DNA from: a virus
Taxonomy: Duplodnaviria; Caudoviricetes
Reading direction: 5' to 3' (one strand)
IMG/VR virus record: IMGVR_UViG_3300033513_000017
Span: 1-44,165 of that record
Length of the DNA stretch: 44,165 nt
Of this stretch, positions 8,520 through 18,156 are shown one piece after another. Position 1 is the stretch's first letter. The number at the start of each line of letters is the position of its first letter. Below the pieces are notes generated by a model. It was given only the letters and a program-made list of their open reading frames with translations. It was not told the DNA's origin and did no database searches. The translations under genes were made by a program, and so were the position numbers.

Positions 8520-10186
8520 TGGCAAAATCTGAATTCCGAGATTCATTCGGAGAACGAATGTTTTATCATAAATATTCGTTTGGAAATAATGATACTTGGG
8601 CTAACTTGGCCCGAAGAATGGTAGAAGATGTATGCGGAGGAAAGAACCCTCTTCTTAGTTTAGAAGATAGGAAAGAACTTGAACATATCATTCGTAGCTT
8701 TAAGTTTATTCCCGGCGGTCGCTATCTTTATTACGCTGGCCGGTCTGCTCATTTTTGGAATAACTGTTATCTCCTTAAGGCAGAGGAAGATACACGGGAA
8801 GAGTGGGCAGAAGTGGCAAAACGTACTACTTCCTGCCTTATGTCGGGTGGTGGTATCGGGGTTGACTATTCTATCTTGCGCCCTAGTGGGCTTGCTCTTT
8901 CTCGCACTGGTGGGATTAGTAGCGGGCCTATTTCACTTATGAAGATTGTCAATGAGATTGGCCGTAATGTAATGCAAGGCGGAACCCGCCGAAGTGCTAT
9001 GTACGCCTCTCTCAATTGGCAACACGAAGATGTACCTCAATTCCTTATAGCTAAGAATTGGAAACACATGCCCATTGGGGCACAGAAGTTCTGGGAAGAG
9101 GACCGTCCTTACACTTTCTGGGATGCTAAACAGGACGACTTCAACTTCCCATGTCCCTTGGACATGACCAACATCAGTCTCAACTACGATGATACTTGGT
9201 TGAAGTTCATCAATCAAGGACTATTGCCTGAGATTTATCTAAAGAATGTACGACAAGCTTTGGAAACAGGTGAACCGGGATTTAGTTTTAACTTTGGGAA
9301 ACACAGCAATGAAACGCTTCGCAATGCTTGCACAGAAGTTACGAGTGAGGATGATTCTGACGTATGTAATCTTGGGAGCATCAATCTCGGCAATATTGAA
9401 ACTGTGGATGAATTTCGATTTGTTACAAGTTTGGCCTCTAAGTTCCTTGTATGCGGGACAGTACGGGCTGACTTACCATATCGGAAAATCCGCATGGTAC
9501 GGGAAAAGAATAGACGCCTCGGCCTGGGTCTTATGGGAATTCACGAATGGCTTATCAAACGAGGATACCGATATGAAGTAACTGATGAACTTCACAAGTG
9601 GCTAGAGGTTTACAAGAATGAATCAGAACGCACAGCTAGAGAGTCTTGTAGCGAACGCAGCATTAGTACACCAAAGGCTTTTAGGTCTATTGCACCGACT
9701 GGAACTATTGGTATTCTTGCTGGAACCTCAACAGGAATCGAACCTATTTACGCGGTGGCCTATAAACGTAGGTATCTTAAGAATGGCACTCGCTGGTACT
9801 ACAGGTATGTCATTGATTCAACAGCAGAGACTTTAATTAATTCAGGTGTTGACCCTTACTCTATTGAAACGGCTTATGACTTAGCCAATGACCCGGAAAG
9901 ACGAATCAAGTTTCAGTATGACGTTCAACAGTACGTCGATATGGCAATTTCATCAACTATCAATTTACCTGCTTGGGGAACACCCGAAAACAATGAAGAT
10001 AAAGTCTTGCCTTTTGCACTACTCTTGGCTAAGTACGCTAGCGGTTTACGGGGTTTCACTTGTTATCCTGATGGTTCTAGGGGTGGACAACCTCTCACAG
10101 AAGTTGATTACTATTTGGCGAAGGGTAAGACTGATGTAGAGTACGAAGAGAATACAGTGTGTTTAGGAGGGGTTTGTGGCATTTAA
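8519..10186 (+). CDS. nrdJ: Class II (AdoCbl-dependent) ribonucleotide reductase, compact form
   Basis: FIPGGR, NNCY, GGGIG, QGGTRRSA, GEPG, NACTE, VCNLGS, RRLGLG, APTGT and C-terminal CLGGVCGI; no beta-subunit gene in the window. Confidence 0.88.
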   Translation: MAKSEFRDSFGERMFYHKYSFGNNDTWANLARRMVEDVCGGKNPLLSLEDRKELEHIIRSFKFIPGGRYLYYAGRSAHFWNNCYLLKAEEDTREEWAEVAKRTTSCLMSGGGIGVDYSILRPSGLALSRTGGISSGPISLMKIVNEIGRNVMQGGTRRSAMYASLNWQHEDVPQFLIAKNWKHMPIGAQKFWEEDRPYTFWDAKQDDFNFPCPLDMTNISLNYDDTWLKFINQGLLPEIYLKNVRQALETGEPGFSFNFGKHSNETLRNACTEVTSEDDSDVCNLGSINLGNIETVDEFRFVTSLASKFLVCGTVRADLPYRKIRMVREKNRRLGLGLMGIHEWLIKRGYRYEVTDELHKWLEVYKNESERTARESCSERSISTPKAFRSIAPTGTIGILAGTSTGIEPIYAVAYKRRYLKNGTRWYYRYVIDSTAETLINSGVDPYSIETAYDLANDPERRIKFQYDVQQYVDMAISSTINLPAWGTPENNEDKVLPFALLLAKYASGLRGFTCYPDGSRGGQPLTEVDYYLAKGKTDVEYEENTVCLGGVCGI

Positions 10187-10376
10187 AATTAGTGTTTCAG
10201 TTACAGAAGAAGAAAAGAACGAGATTGTTTCACGCATCGTAGAATGGTGTGAAAAGTATCATATCTGGTCTGGTGAATGCTTGTGTCAATCTGACAATGG
10301 TAATATTTATGCTCCTGCATTAGTGGCTGATATAATTGATGATATTTTACAGCCTGAAGTTGTCGAATTCGATTAA
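10176..10376 (+). CDS. Hypothetical protein
   Basis: GTG start with an AGGAGG RBS; overlaps the nrdJ end. Confidence 0.7.
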   Translation: MAFKISVSVTEEEKNEIVSRIVEWCEKYHIWSGECLCQSDNGNIYAPALVADIIDDILQPEVVEFD

Positions 10377-10612
10377 TGGCAACTTTTGACTTTAATGTAC
10401 AAGTAGATGGATTACAGGGTTTAGTTAATATTAGAGAACCTAGTACAGGGAATTTTTATACTTTTACCCGCGATGATACTTATACAGTCATATTTGATAA
10501 CGGGCGAAAGTGCCTCTTTACTTTGGAATGGGATGGTGTTAAGTCAGAATTTAATTTAGCACAACAGTATTTTAATAGGTTGGAAGAAAACAATCTTCTT
10601 TTGTTACTATAA
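10376..10612 (+). CDS. Hypothetical protein
   Basis: TAATG coupling. Confidence 0.65.
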   Translation: MATFDFNVQVDGLQGLVNIREPSTGNFYTFTRDDTYTVIFDNGRKCLFTLEWDGVKSEFNLAQQYFNRLEENNLLLLL

Positions 10613-10617
10613 TAATT

Positions 10618-11043
10618 ATGGACAGAAAGTTACTTGAATCACTACTAATTAAACATGAGGGAATAAGATATCGACCATACCTTGATTTAAAGGGTAACAT
10701 CACTATTGGTATTGGACATAATTTAACTGCTAATGGATTATACCCTGAAATAGTCACACAGTTGTTTCAACTTGACATTCAAAACATCGTACTTACTCCA
10801 CTGTCAAATGTGGAGTGGTACAACAATATGGGTGATGAAGTTCGACAAGCTGTAATTTGTGATATGGTATTCAATATGGGCTTAGATGATGTACTTGAGT
10901 TTACCCATATGATTGATGCCATTCAAAAGAAACAATGGGAGAATGCATCTTACTTCATGTTACAAAGCAGGTGGGCTAAACAAGTTGGTAATAGAGCAGT
11001 AGAACTCGCAGAGATTATGCGAACAGGTAAATCATATTTATGA
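10618..11043 (+). CDS. Endolysin, T4-like/GH24 muramidase
   Basis: HEGIRYRPYLDLKGNITIGIGHNL (E-x8-D-x5-T), DMVFNMG, SRWAKQVGNRA. Confidence 0.92.
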   Translation: MDRKLLESLLIKHEGIRYRPYLDLKGNITIGIGHNLTANGLYPEIVTQLFQLDIQNIVLTPLSNVEWYNNMGDEVRQAVICDMVFNMGLDDVLEFTHMIDAIQKKQWENASYFMLQSRWAKQVGNRAVELAEIMRTGKSYL

Positions 11044-11249
11044 TTTTAGGATATTTAAGAAACTGTTGTACTGATAGGCGTAAAGATGATACTTCGCTAT
11101 ATTTACTTCACTTATACACTATCACACAAGAAGATGTTGGTAAACGAGCAATACTTTGTTACTTAGATGGCTATATAATTACACCTTTGCCAGAAGAACA
11201 TAATACGTTTTGGAAAAAGTTAAAGCGATTATTCAATGTTACCAATTGA
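11040..11249 (+). CDS. Hypothetical protein
   Basis: ATGA coupling, within the lysis region. Confidence 0.5.
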   Translation: MILGYLRNCCTDRRKDDTSLYLLHLYTITQEDVGKRAILCYLDGYIITPLPEEHNTFWKKLKRLFNVTN

Positions 11250-11667
11250 GGCAGTAGTATCTATCTTCACAAACATCTTAGGTATTGTAAATAAGAATGT
11301 AGAAGATAAGGATAAGAAGAACGAGATAGTTCAGCAGATATCTACCTCCCAAACGGAACTCATTAAAGTATTGGTACAAACTCAAACAGTTCCTTGGGTT
11401 GACGCTTTAGTCAAGTTGGTGTATGCTTTCGCGGACACCTTAGACCGCATCTGGCGGCCTGTAGGGGGTCTCCTAGCGGCTTGCTTTGTGGCCTATACCA
11501 CCCTAAAGGGTATACCTGTAAATCCAATTTTGGATGGCGTCCTAGCGGCTCTCTTCCCCGGTTGGATGGTATCTAGGCATATGGTGAAGGTAGCGGAGGT
11601 GAAAGCACAGCAACCTACTGTTATAGTACAGAATAACCCGGCTAACTGGCCAAAGAACCTAAACTAA
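11236..11667 (+). CDS. Holin-like membrane protein (GTA 3TM-holin-like)
   Basis: N-terminal amphipathic helix, 'EDKDKKNEI', WRP motif and two hydrophobic segments; near the lysozyme. Confidence 0.6.
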   Translation: MLPIEAVVSIFTNILGIVNKNVEDKDKKNEIVQQISTSQTELIKVLVQTQTVPWVDALVKLVYAFADTLDRIWRPVGGLLAACFVAYTTLKGIPVNPILDGVLAALFPGWMVSRHMVKVAEVKAQQPTVIVQNNPANWPKNLN

Positions 11668-11674
11668 AGGTAAT

Positions 11675-11718
11675 AAAAAAGCCCCATTGGATGTCGAGTC
11701 CTTTGGGGCTTCTTTTTG
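11675..11718. terminator. Bidirectional rho-independent terminator between the convergent arms
   Basis: AAAAAAGCCCCATTGGA-loop-TCCTTTGGGGCTTCTTTTT; the stem is flanked by an A tract and a T tract. Confidence 0.85.
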
Positions 11719-11719
11719 T

Positions 11720-11866
11720 TTACTTCTTTTTAAATGATAAATACAATTGCCTTGCTAACCAAACTATAGATAAAATAGTTGCTACTGGTGTTAAGAGTTT
11801 CATTAGAACAGCAGCAATTATCCCATAAGAAGTTATATCCAAAAGCCAATCAAATACTTCACTCAT
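11720..11866 (-). CDS. Small class II holin-like protein, 48 aa (not in the ORF track)
   Basis: MSEVFDWLLDITSYGIIAAVLMKLLTPVATILSIVWLARQLYLSFKKK: hydrophobic segments and a basic tail; ATGA overlap with the upstream gene. Confidence 0.65.
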   Translation of the reverse strand: MSEVFDWLLDITSYGIIAAVLMKLLTPVATILSIVWLARQLYLSFKKK

Positions 11867-14800
11867 TTCGTAATTAATCCTTTGTCTAATTCGGACTTCT
11901 TACTATTGTTGCTTTTCTTGCTGTCGTGGGGTTTCTTTATTTCTCCATTTAACCATTTAGCAGTTTCATCAATTTGAGGACTTAAGTTTCTGGTACTTTG
12001 TATTACAGGATTAACGATACCTCTTTCTGTATTAACTACAGCCTTTCCTAAAGGTGAGAAGTCCCAAGCTGTTACTTTACCATGACGATTTAAATCTTTA
12101 ACAACATTGGAACCAGTATTTCTTGCTCCCTGAACTATGTTAAATAGGTCATTACCAGCAGGACCAATTACAGAACCCTTTGGGTCAAAGGATAAAGCAG
12201 CATCAACCAAGAAACCTAAAGATGATGTATTAGCAATATTACGCATTGCACGTGTACCTATTGCTTCAAAATCCTTATGCTTAACTGCATCTAATAAACT
12301 TAGTTGCTTGTCGTTACGATTGGTAATCCAATCCTTTAACTCAGTAACCCCTTCACCAGCTACTTGAGTAGCAGCTACCCAATATAACAGAGGTTTAAAG
12401 TTTCCATGTCTTGCGGGTTTGATTATATTGTCAATTAAGAATCTACTTTGATAAGTAGCGAACCTTTTATATTGTGAGATTAATTTGAAGTAAGGATTAT
12501 TGAACCATTGAGGGGTTTTAAAGTTGGCTGATGTAAAGTTAATCTCAGCATCAATCTTTTGAGCACCCATAAGCATTTGCCTTTCAGGAATTGCATCAGG
12601 GTGTAAAGAAGTATCAATACCGAAGTAGTTAAGTTTATCATCAATCTGCTTTAGAGTCTTTTGGCCTCCCTTACTAATATTTCCTTTTCCAAGCAGTGCA
12701 GCTTTCTTTTCAAGCAAATCTTCCAAGTAAGCTTTACCAACATTAGTAGCAACAATATGGTTTGCTTCTTCAACAGGTAAGAAGGCATTTACGTTTAACA
12801 ACTTGTTTGGGTCATTAAGAATCTCAAGTGGGCCAGAGATATGTTTACCCATAATTGTGTTATGGGCATCTGCAATTTGTCGGGAATACTGAACACCAGA
12901 GGTTTCCATTGCAGCACCAGCACGTTTAGCAAAGTCCCTACCACCCTCTTTCATTAATCCATGAATACCCTGTAAGTATTGTTTAATAGGAGTAAAAGGA
13001 TTATGTCCAACTTGATTCTTTGCTAACCAAGGTAATCCATTGACTAAGGTTTGTGAAGAGTTAGGTATAGCTGAAAGAATCATTTTATGAGTTTCAAAAG
13101 CGGCAGCAGCATCATTAAGTCTTGCCGACTTACTTTCAGTTCTATACTTAATCTGTCTTTGAATAGTTTCAGAATTAGCGACATCCCCAACAGCAGTATA
13201 ATAAGCATCCCTAGTGATATTACCTGCAATACCTGTTTTATCTCCATTCATTTTAGCATTGTAGTCAATTTCATCTACTAAAGCTTTGAACTTGGAATCA
13301 TCTGCCCCAAAGATTTTAGAGAATTCAACCTGACGAAGAATATCATCATGGAATTCACTAAGAACTAATTTTGGATTCTGAATAGTTACAGGACCAAGTT
13401 CAGCCCTAATATCGGAAGGTGGGAAAGCATCAGATAAATGCTTTGACCTATTCATCTTTCTAGTAGCACCACGAATCTTTAAGATATCGTTTGTTACTTC
13501 TACAACATTATCCCCCGCCTGTACTCTTTTCATTGCATCAACTACAAATGAGGGTTGGTCCTCACCAATAAGAGATTTAACTACCTGCTCTAATTTAGTT
13601 GAGTTATTCTTGTACTTCCCGAGTAAATTTCCTACTACCTGTCTACCACCGTTTGTGTTCAAACGTAGTTCATCAAACATCACCGGCATTTGGCCAGAGT
13701 CAATCCTTTGAAATGCACTACTCATGTCACTTCTACTAATCATGCCTACATCATAGGCTTGTTTATAAACACCCTTCAAACCAGTTCTACGTTCCATTAT
13801 TGCTTGTTGAACTTTAGTATCAAGAGTATTCAAAGGTACTTGATTAGTAATACCCTTATTGAATTGGTCCATAAGGGCGGGGTCTTTTTCGATAGGCTTA
13901 AAAGACTTCGCAATATCAAACCTACTAGTACCAGAAGAAACACGATAGGAGGTGTGTGCTAAATTCAAACCCTCAGCAACAGCATTACCAGCATCCCCAT
14001 ATCGAGAGATAACAGTATCCATTGGGGTATAAGTACGTCTTAGAAAACCAGTAGCATTAAAGTCTCCGTTATATTCGGGAATTTCTGTGCCCGGTATATT
14101 ATCTCCCCACTTACCAACTACCTTATAATTTTGTCCACGACTCCAAGGCATACCGCCTGAATTAATTGTGTCATAAACTAAACCTTCTGGACTATCCCAT
14201 CTTGCACCACTTACATGAATAGCGTGCATCATATCCTCAGAAGTAATAGTTCCTGAGTCAATGTGGTCCTTAGTAATCTGTGTAAAATCCCCAAGTTGTG
14301 TTTCATCACGAATAGTAGTATTGAGTGCTACCTTTGCACTATCCACATTTGCAATAGTTGGATTTTCTGCTTTAGCTGTATAGGAAGGAGTTTCAGATAA
14401 AGTAGTGTGATGTCTTGCAGCATCAGAAAAGGTAACCTGACCAAACTGAATTTGTTTACCTTCAAGTCCAGTAACCATCTTTGCATACTTGGCACCCGTA
14501 CCGGGTTTAACATAAGCAAGAGTTATGTGTGGATTGTAGTCAGGAAATTTTTCGTGATTAGGTAATTGCTTTAGTGTATTATGTACATTGGATAAATCAT
14601 CACCTTGTACACCAAGAACAACTATATCAGCATTTTTGATAGAGAATACCTTAATCCCTTGTACTGTTCCGGTAAGGGGTTTATTAGGGATAATTTGCTT
14701 TACTACTTTGGGGTTAGCAGTTTCTAAACCAGATTGTAAAGTTACATGTGGCTCAGTTTCTAATCCTTTAAGTGGGCCTATACCATGAACTACATCATTA

Positions 14801-15606
14801 GGGTCAAACATTTGTCCAACCTTAGTGATAGTCTCAGGTGAAATAGGCTCAGCCATAATAGTTGCATCACGCTTACCAGTTTTAGGATTAATACCTTTAC
14901 CTAATTTTCTAGCAGCAGAGGCAGCACCTGCAGCATTAGTAAGACCTTCACCAACAACAGAGAAACCAGCACCAAGTAAAGCATCAACACCAGTTTGTTT
15001 CGGGTCTATTTTACCTGTTTCATCAAGTTGCCTTACAGCACTTTGAGTACCAGTTAAAGCACCCCATCTAGTAGCATTACTTGCTAATCGTGTTAAAGGT
15101 TGCGCTGCTTTAGATGCGGGCATAATTACAGTAGTGGGGTCAGCCATACTACCAAGGATATTACCAACAGTTCTTTCAGCTTTCGGGATTTGCTCAGGGT
15201 TTGTTACGCCCGTTATTTTCTTTATTGTACCTTGATTGCTTTGCTCTAATTCCTGTGCCCGTTGTTCCGAGGTCATGTCCTTTATCTTGTTGTAATCCTT
15301 TTCAGACAAGAAAAGTTTTAAAGCAGCCGCAGGAGCACGATTACGAATAAACTTACCGAGAGTTGCAGTAGGGGAAGATTTAGTACCTTCCAATAAAGAA
15401 TAAGCAGTTCCTTTAATGTGGTCAAGTAAAGAAGGATTCTTAGCTTCTTCTGCAAACTGATAATCTACAGAGGAATCTTGTTTTTCTTCAACTACTGGTT
15501 TAGCAGACTTTAAATCAAAACCACCTACAGGTTTTGCATTTTTTAAATCAAACCCGCCGGGGGAATTACCCCCGACAGGCTTGGCAGAGTTAATATCAAA
15601 AGCCAT
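11863..15606 (-). CDS. Large internal virion (DNA ejection) protein with an embedded 2H phosphoesterase
   Basis: 1247 aa; last large gene of the ejection cluster; Gly/Ala-rich segments; PHVTL (H287) and PHITL (H360) motifs. Confidence 0.78.
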   Translation of the reverse strand: MAFDINSAKPVGGNSPGGFDLKNAKPVGGFDLKSAKPVVEEKQDSSVDYQFAEEAKNPSLLDHIKGTAYSLLEGTKSSPTATLGKFIRNRAPAAALKLFLSEKDYNKIKDMTSEQRAQELEQSNQGTIKKITGVTNPEQIPKAERTVGNILGSMADPTTVIMPASKAAQPLTRLASNATRWGALTGTQSAVRQLDETGKIDPKQTGVDALLGAGFSVVGEGLTNAAGAASAARKLGKGINPKTGKRDATIMAEPISPETITKVGQMFDPNDVVHGIGPLKGLETEPHVTLQSGLETANPKVVKQIIPNKPLTGTVQGIKVFSIKNADIVVLGVQGDDLSNVHNTLKQLPNHEKFPDYNPHITLAYVKPGTGAKYAKMVTGLEGKQIQFGQVTFSDAARHHTTLSETPSYTAKAENPTIANVDSAKVALNTTIRDETQLGDFTQITKDHIDSGTITSEDMMHAIHVSGARWDSPEGLVYDTINSGGMPWSRGQNYKVVGKWGDNIPGTEIPEYNGDFNATGFLRRTYTPMDTVISRYGDAGNAVAEGLNLAHTSYRVSSGTSRFDIAKSFKPIEKDPALMDQFNKGITNQVPLNTLDTKVQQAIMERRTGLKGVYKQAYDVGMISRSDMSSAFQRIDSGQMPVMFDELRLNTNGGRQVVGNLLGKYKNNSTKLEQVVKSLIGEDQPSFVVDAMKRVQAGDNVVEVTNDILKIRGATRKMNRSKHLSDAFPPSDIRAELGPVTIQNPKLVLSEFHDDILRQVEFSKIFGADDSKFKALVDEIDYNAKMNGDKTGIAGNITRDAYYTAVGDVANSETIQRQIKYRTESKSARLNDAAAAFETHKMILSAIPNSSQTLVNGLPWLAKNQVGHNPFTPIKQYLQGIHGLMKEGGRDFAKRAGAAMETSGVQYSRQIADAHNTIMGKHISGPLEILNDPNKLLNVNAFLPVEEANHIVATNVGKAYLEDLLEKKAALLGKGNISKGGQKTLKQIDDKLNYFGIDTSLHPDAIPERQMLMGAQKIDAEINFTSANFKTPQWFNNPYFKLISQYKRFATYQSRFLIDNIIKPARHGNFKPLLYWVAATQVAGEGVTELKDWITNRNDKQLSLLDAVKHKDFEAIGTRAMRNIANTSSLGFLVDAALSFDPKGSVIGPAGNDLFNIVQGARNTGSNVVKDLNRHGKVTAWDFSPLGKAVVNTERGIVNPVIQSTRNLSPQIDETAKWLNGEIKKPHDSKKSNNSKKSELDKGLITK

Positions 15607-15608
15607 GT

Positions 15609-16691
15609 TTATTGTTGTTCTTCATCAGTAGTAGTATCTTCTGAGCCAACTTCCTCGTAGTCATTGCCATCAGGAGATACGTAAGCATAATTACCATTCT
15701 GGTCTTGAAGTAATTTCCAACCATTAGCATTCTGTGTAGGTAATCCTTGTTGTGCTTTAGGTTGCTTAGTTTTAACTTTAGGACCGGGCTGATTAGTAGT
15801 TGCACTAGAAGAAGGAGTACCAAAAAAATTAAAACTACGTCCCTTGAATTGACCACCTTCCAGATTCTTCTTTAATCCTTCCTGTAACTGTTGCATGTTA
15901 TCTGCTACAATCTTTCCGTAGGGACGCATAGGAACCTTTCCATCACCAGATAACCAATTCTGTCTTTCTAAATCTCCTTCATCAGCAATCTTACGTGCCC
16001 AATCTTGGGCTTTAGGTAACCACTGACGCTCCACATCCTTTTTAGTATCTTCATCCCCATTAATCCAAGCAGGGTCATGACCAACAAGAATAGTAAGAAT
16101 ATCCTTTTGAATATCTGCCATGTTGGGATACTTAATCGGTGGAGCACCTTTAGCCTTTGGACCATCCTTGGAAGGTAAACCATTCTTATATTGGGCAAGT
16201 TTCTTCTCACGCGAAAGAATTGCATCCTGCTTCATATCCTCTTGAAGTTGAGACGCTGAATGTACAGCGCTATCTCGTAAGAAGTCTAAACGCGGAGCAT
16301 CCTTTTTATAGTCACCAGTTAAACCAAGTAAATTATATGCTTGTTCAGTATGCTTACGTTTAAAAGAATCAGTCCATAAGTTATAGTGGGGTTGGTCAAC
16401 AATTAAAGGTCTTTGCGCACCGATATCAGCATACATACTGTTGTACATATCAGTCTGAGCCTTTTGATTATCCCGCATAGCTTTATCTTCTTCTCTAGCA
16501 GCACGGCGTCTATTTAAATCCAAGTTCTCAATCTGTAATTGTAACTTAAGGCCATTAACTAATTTATCATATTCCTTTTGCTGTTTTTGTTGTTTAATTT
16601 GATTTAAGCCAACAATAGTACCACTCAGTTCATTAAATGGTAAACCTTGAGACTCTTGACGTAGAACATTAGGGTCGAATTGAAAAGCCAT
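15609..16691 (-). CDS. Internal virion/ejection protein
   Basis: Position between the pilot and large ejection proteins; Gln-rich helical N-terminus. Confidence 0.65.
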   Translation of the reverse strand: MAFQFDPNVLRQESQGLPFNELSGTIVGLNQIKQQKQQKEYDKLVNGLKLQLQIENLDLNRRRAAREEDKAMRDNQKAQTDMYNSMYADIGAQRPLIVDQPHYNLWTDSFKRKHTEQAYNLLGLTGDYKKDAPRLDFLRDSAVHSASQLQEDMKQDAILSREKKLAQYKNGLPSKDGPKAKGAPPIKYPNMADIQKDILTILVGHDPAWINGDEDTKKDVERQWLPKAQDWARKIADEGDLERQNWLSGDGKVPMRPYGKIVADNMQQLQEGLKKNLEGGQFKGRSFNFFGTPSSSATTNQPGPKVKTKQPKAQQGLPTQNANGWKLLQDQNGNYAYVSPDGNDYEEVGSEDTTTDEEQQ

Positions 16692-16693
16692 AA

Positions 16694-17575
16694 TTAAATA
16701 CCACCGCCCTTAAATGTACTATAAGCCGTAAGACCAAGGCCAGCTAATCCAAACAAGTTATTAGTTGCACCTTGAGATTGAGCCAAGGATAAGTTAGCAC
16801 CCTGACCATATAAGTTACCCATAGCATCCGCTTGTTGCATATATGTACTACCAATATTCGGATAACCCATAGTGGGCATCATACTAGCCCCACTTGCTAA
16901 ACGATTAAGGAAATCCTGTTGGGCACCATAAGCAAGTTGATAATTAGTAACTCCACGTTGATACTTGGATTGTTCAGCAGCAAAGTTTAATTGATACTTA
17001 GACATAGCACCCTGATATTCTTGGAGTGCTTTATTTACATCAGTACCATATACAAACTGCTTACGCCCAAACAATTCAGATTCAGCACCACGATTCAATC
17101 CATACTCTTCAACACCACGTTGGTAATTAGTCTGTGCATTCTGATAACCTGAGTTATAAGTAAACTGACGTTCACCTTGGTTTGTGATATAGGATTGTAA
17201 GGCTCTTTGGTATTGATTCTGATATTCTTGAGAAGCAGCACCTTGACCATACTGCTGTAAAGCCAACATACCACCACCACTAAAACGATTACCTGATGCG
17301 GCTAATTGTCGTTCAGTAGCTTGCTGACCCTGTTGGAATCGCCATTGATAAGATGGGTCATTATTGGGGTCAAACTGGAAGTTAAAGTTCTGATTCTGAT
17401 AACCAGTTAAGTCACTACCAGAAGCACGTTGATACTTAGGAATATCACCAAATCCATAACCCCAACTAGGAATACTTAAATCCTTATTGAAGTCTGGAAC
17501 ATTACCTTGGGACGGTAAACCAATTTTATTCATTGCCGGGATAGAGGAACCCGGAATTTCAGTATAGTCAGCCAT
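16694..17575 (-). CDS. DNA transfer/pilot protein (P22-like ejection protein family)
   Basis: DPSYQWRFQQGQQA...SGGGMLALQQYGQGAASQEY motif. Confidence 0.75.
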   Translation of the reverse strand: MADYTEIPGSSIPAMNKIGLPSQGNVPDFNKDLSIPSWGYGFGDIPKYQRASGSDLTGYQNQNFNFQFDPNNDPSYQWRFQQGQQATERQLAASGNRFSGGGMLALQQYGQGAASQEYQNQYQRALQSYITNQGERQFTYNSGYQNAQTNYQRGVEEYGLNRGAESELFGRKQFVYGTDVNKALQEYQGAMSKYQLNFAAEQSKYQRGVTNYQLAYGAQQDFLNRLASGASMMPTMGYPNIGSTYMQQADAMGNLYGQGANLSLAQSQGATNNLFGLAGLGLTAYSTFKGGGI

Positions 17576-17580
17576 TAGTT

Positions 17581-18156
17581 TTAACCGCCACTCGGATTAA
17601 GAGATTGTGCCCATGCTTGACTAGGAGTTAATTTCTTCTGTGTTGCTACCTTACCTACCGGACCTGTAGCTTTCTTTGCAGTAGGTTTAGCAGGTTCAGG
17701 AGCCGGCAAGAATTGTGGCCCCTTTGAAGTCATGGGAATCATTCCAGTATTCTTATTTCTATTTTGCAAATCTGATAAGTTCGCTGAGAAGTTACCAGTG
17801 TAATCATCACCAAAATATGCTTGTCTAATCCCTTGGTTATAATCAACCAAGTTCTGCATAGCAGCCATTCTAAAAGGAGTTTGGTCCGCACGTTGCTGAT
17901 TATACATCCAAGATTGTGCGGCTAAAGATTGTTGAAACATTTGCTGTTGGGATGCAATAGCCTGACCCATCATTTTATCGGCGTCTTTACTACCTCCACC
18001 AATACCGGGCATACCACCACCCAAAACACTGTCAGCCATCGAACCCAATCCCATACCAGCAGCACCACCAGCTAGACCACCTCCGATGCCCAAGAACGGG
18101 ACACCCAAGGCAGCACCAGCTACACCACCAATTAAACCACCTAAACCACCACTCAT
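17581..18156 (-). CDS. Gly-rich DNA transfer protein (P22 gp7-like N-terminus)
   Basis: Gly/Ala-rich hydrophobic N-terminus; QQQMFQQ...RADQTPFR. Confidence 0.65.
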   Translation of the reverse strand: MSGGLGGLIGGVAGAALGVPFLGIGGGLAGGAAGMGLGSMADSVLGGGMPGIGGGSKDADKMMGQAIASQQQMFQQSLAAQSWMYNQQRADQTPFRMAAMQNLVDYNQGIRQAYFGDDYTGNFSANLSDLQNRNKNTGMIPMTSKGPQFLPAPEPAKPTAKKATGPVGKVATQKKLTPSQAWAQSLNPSGG

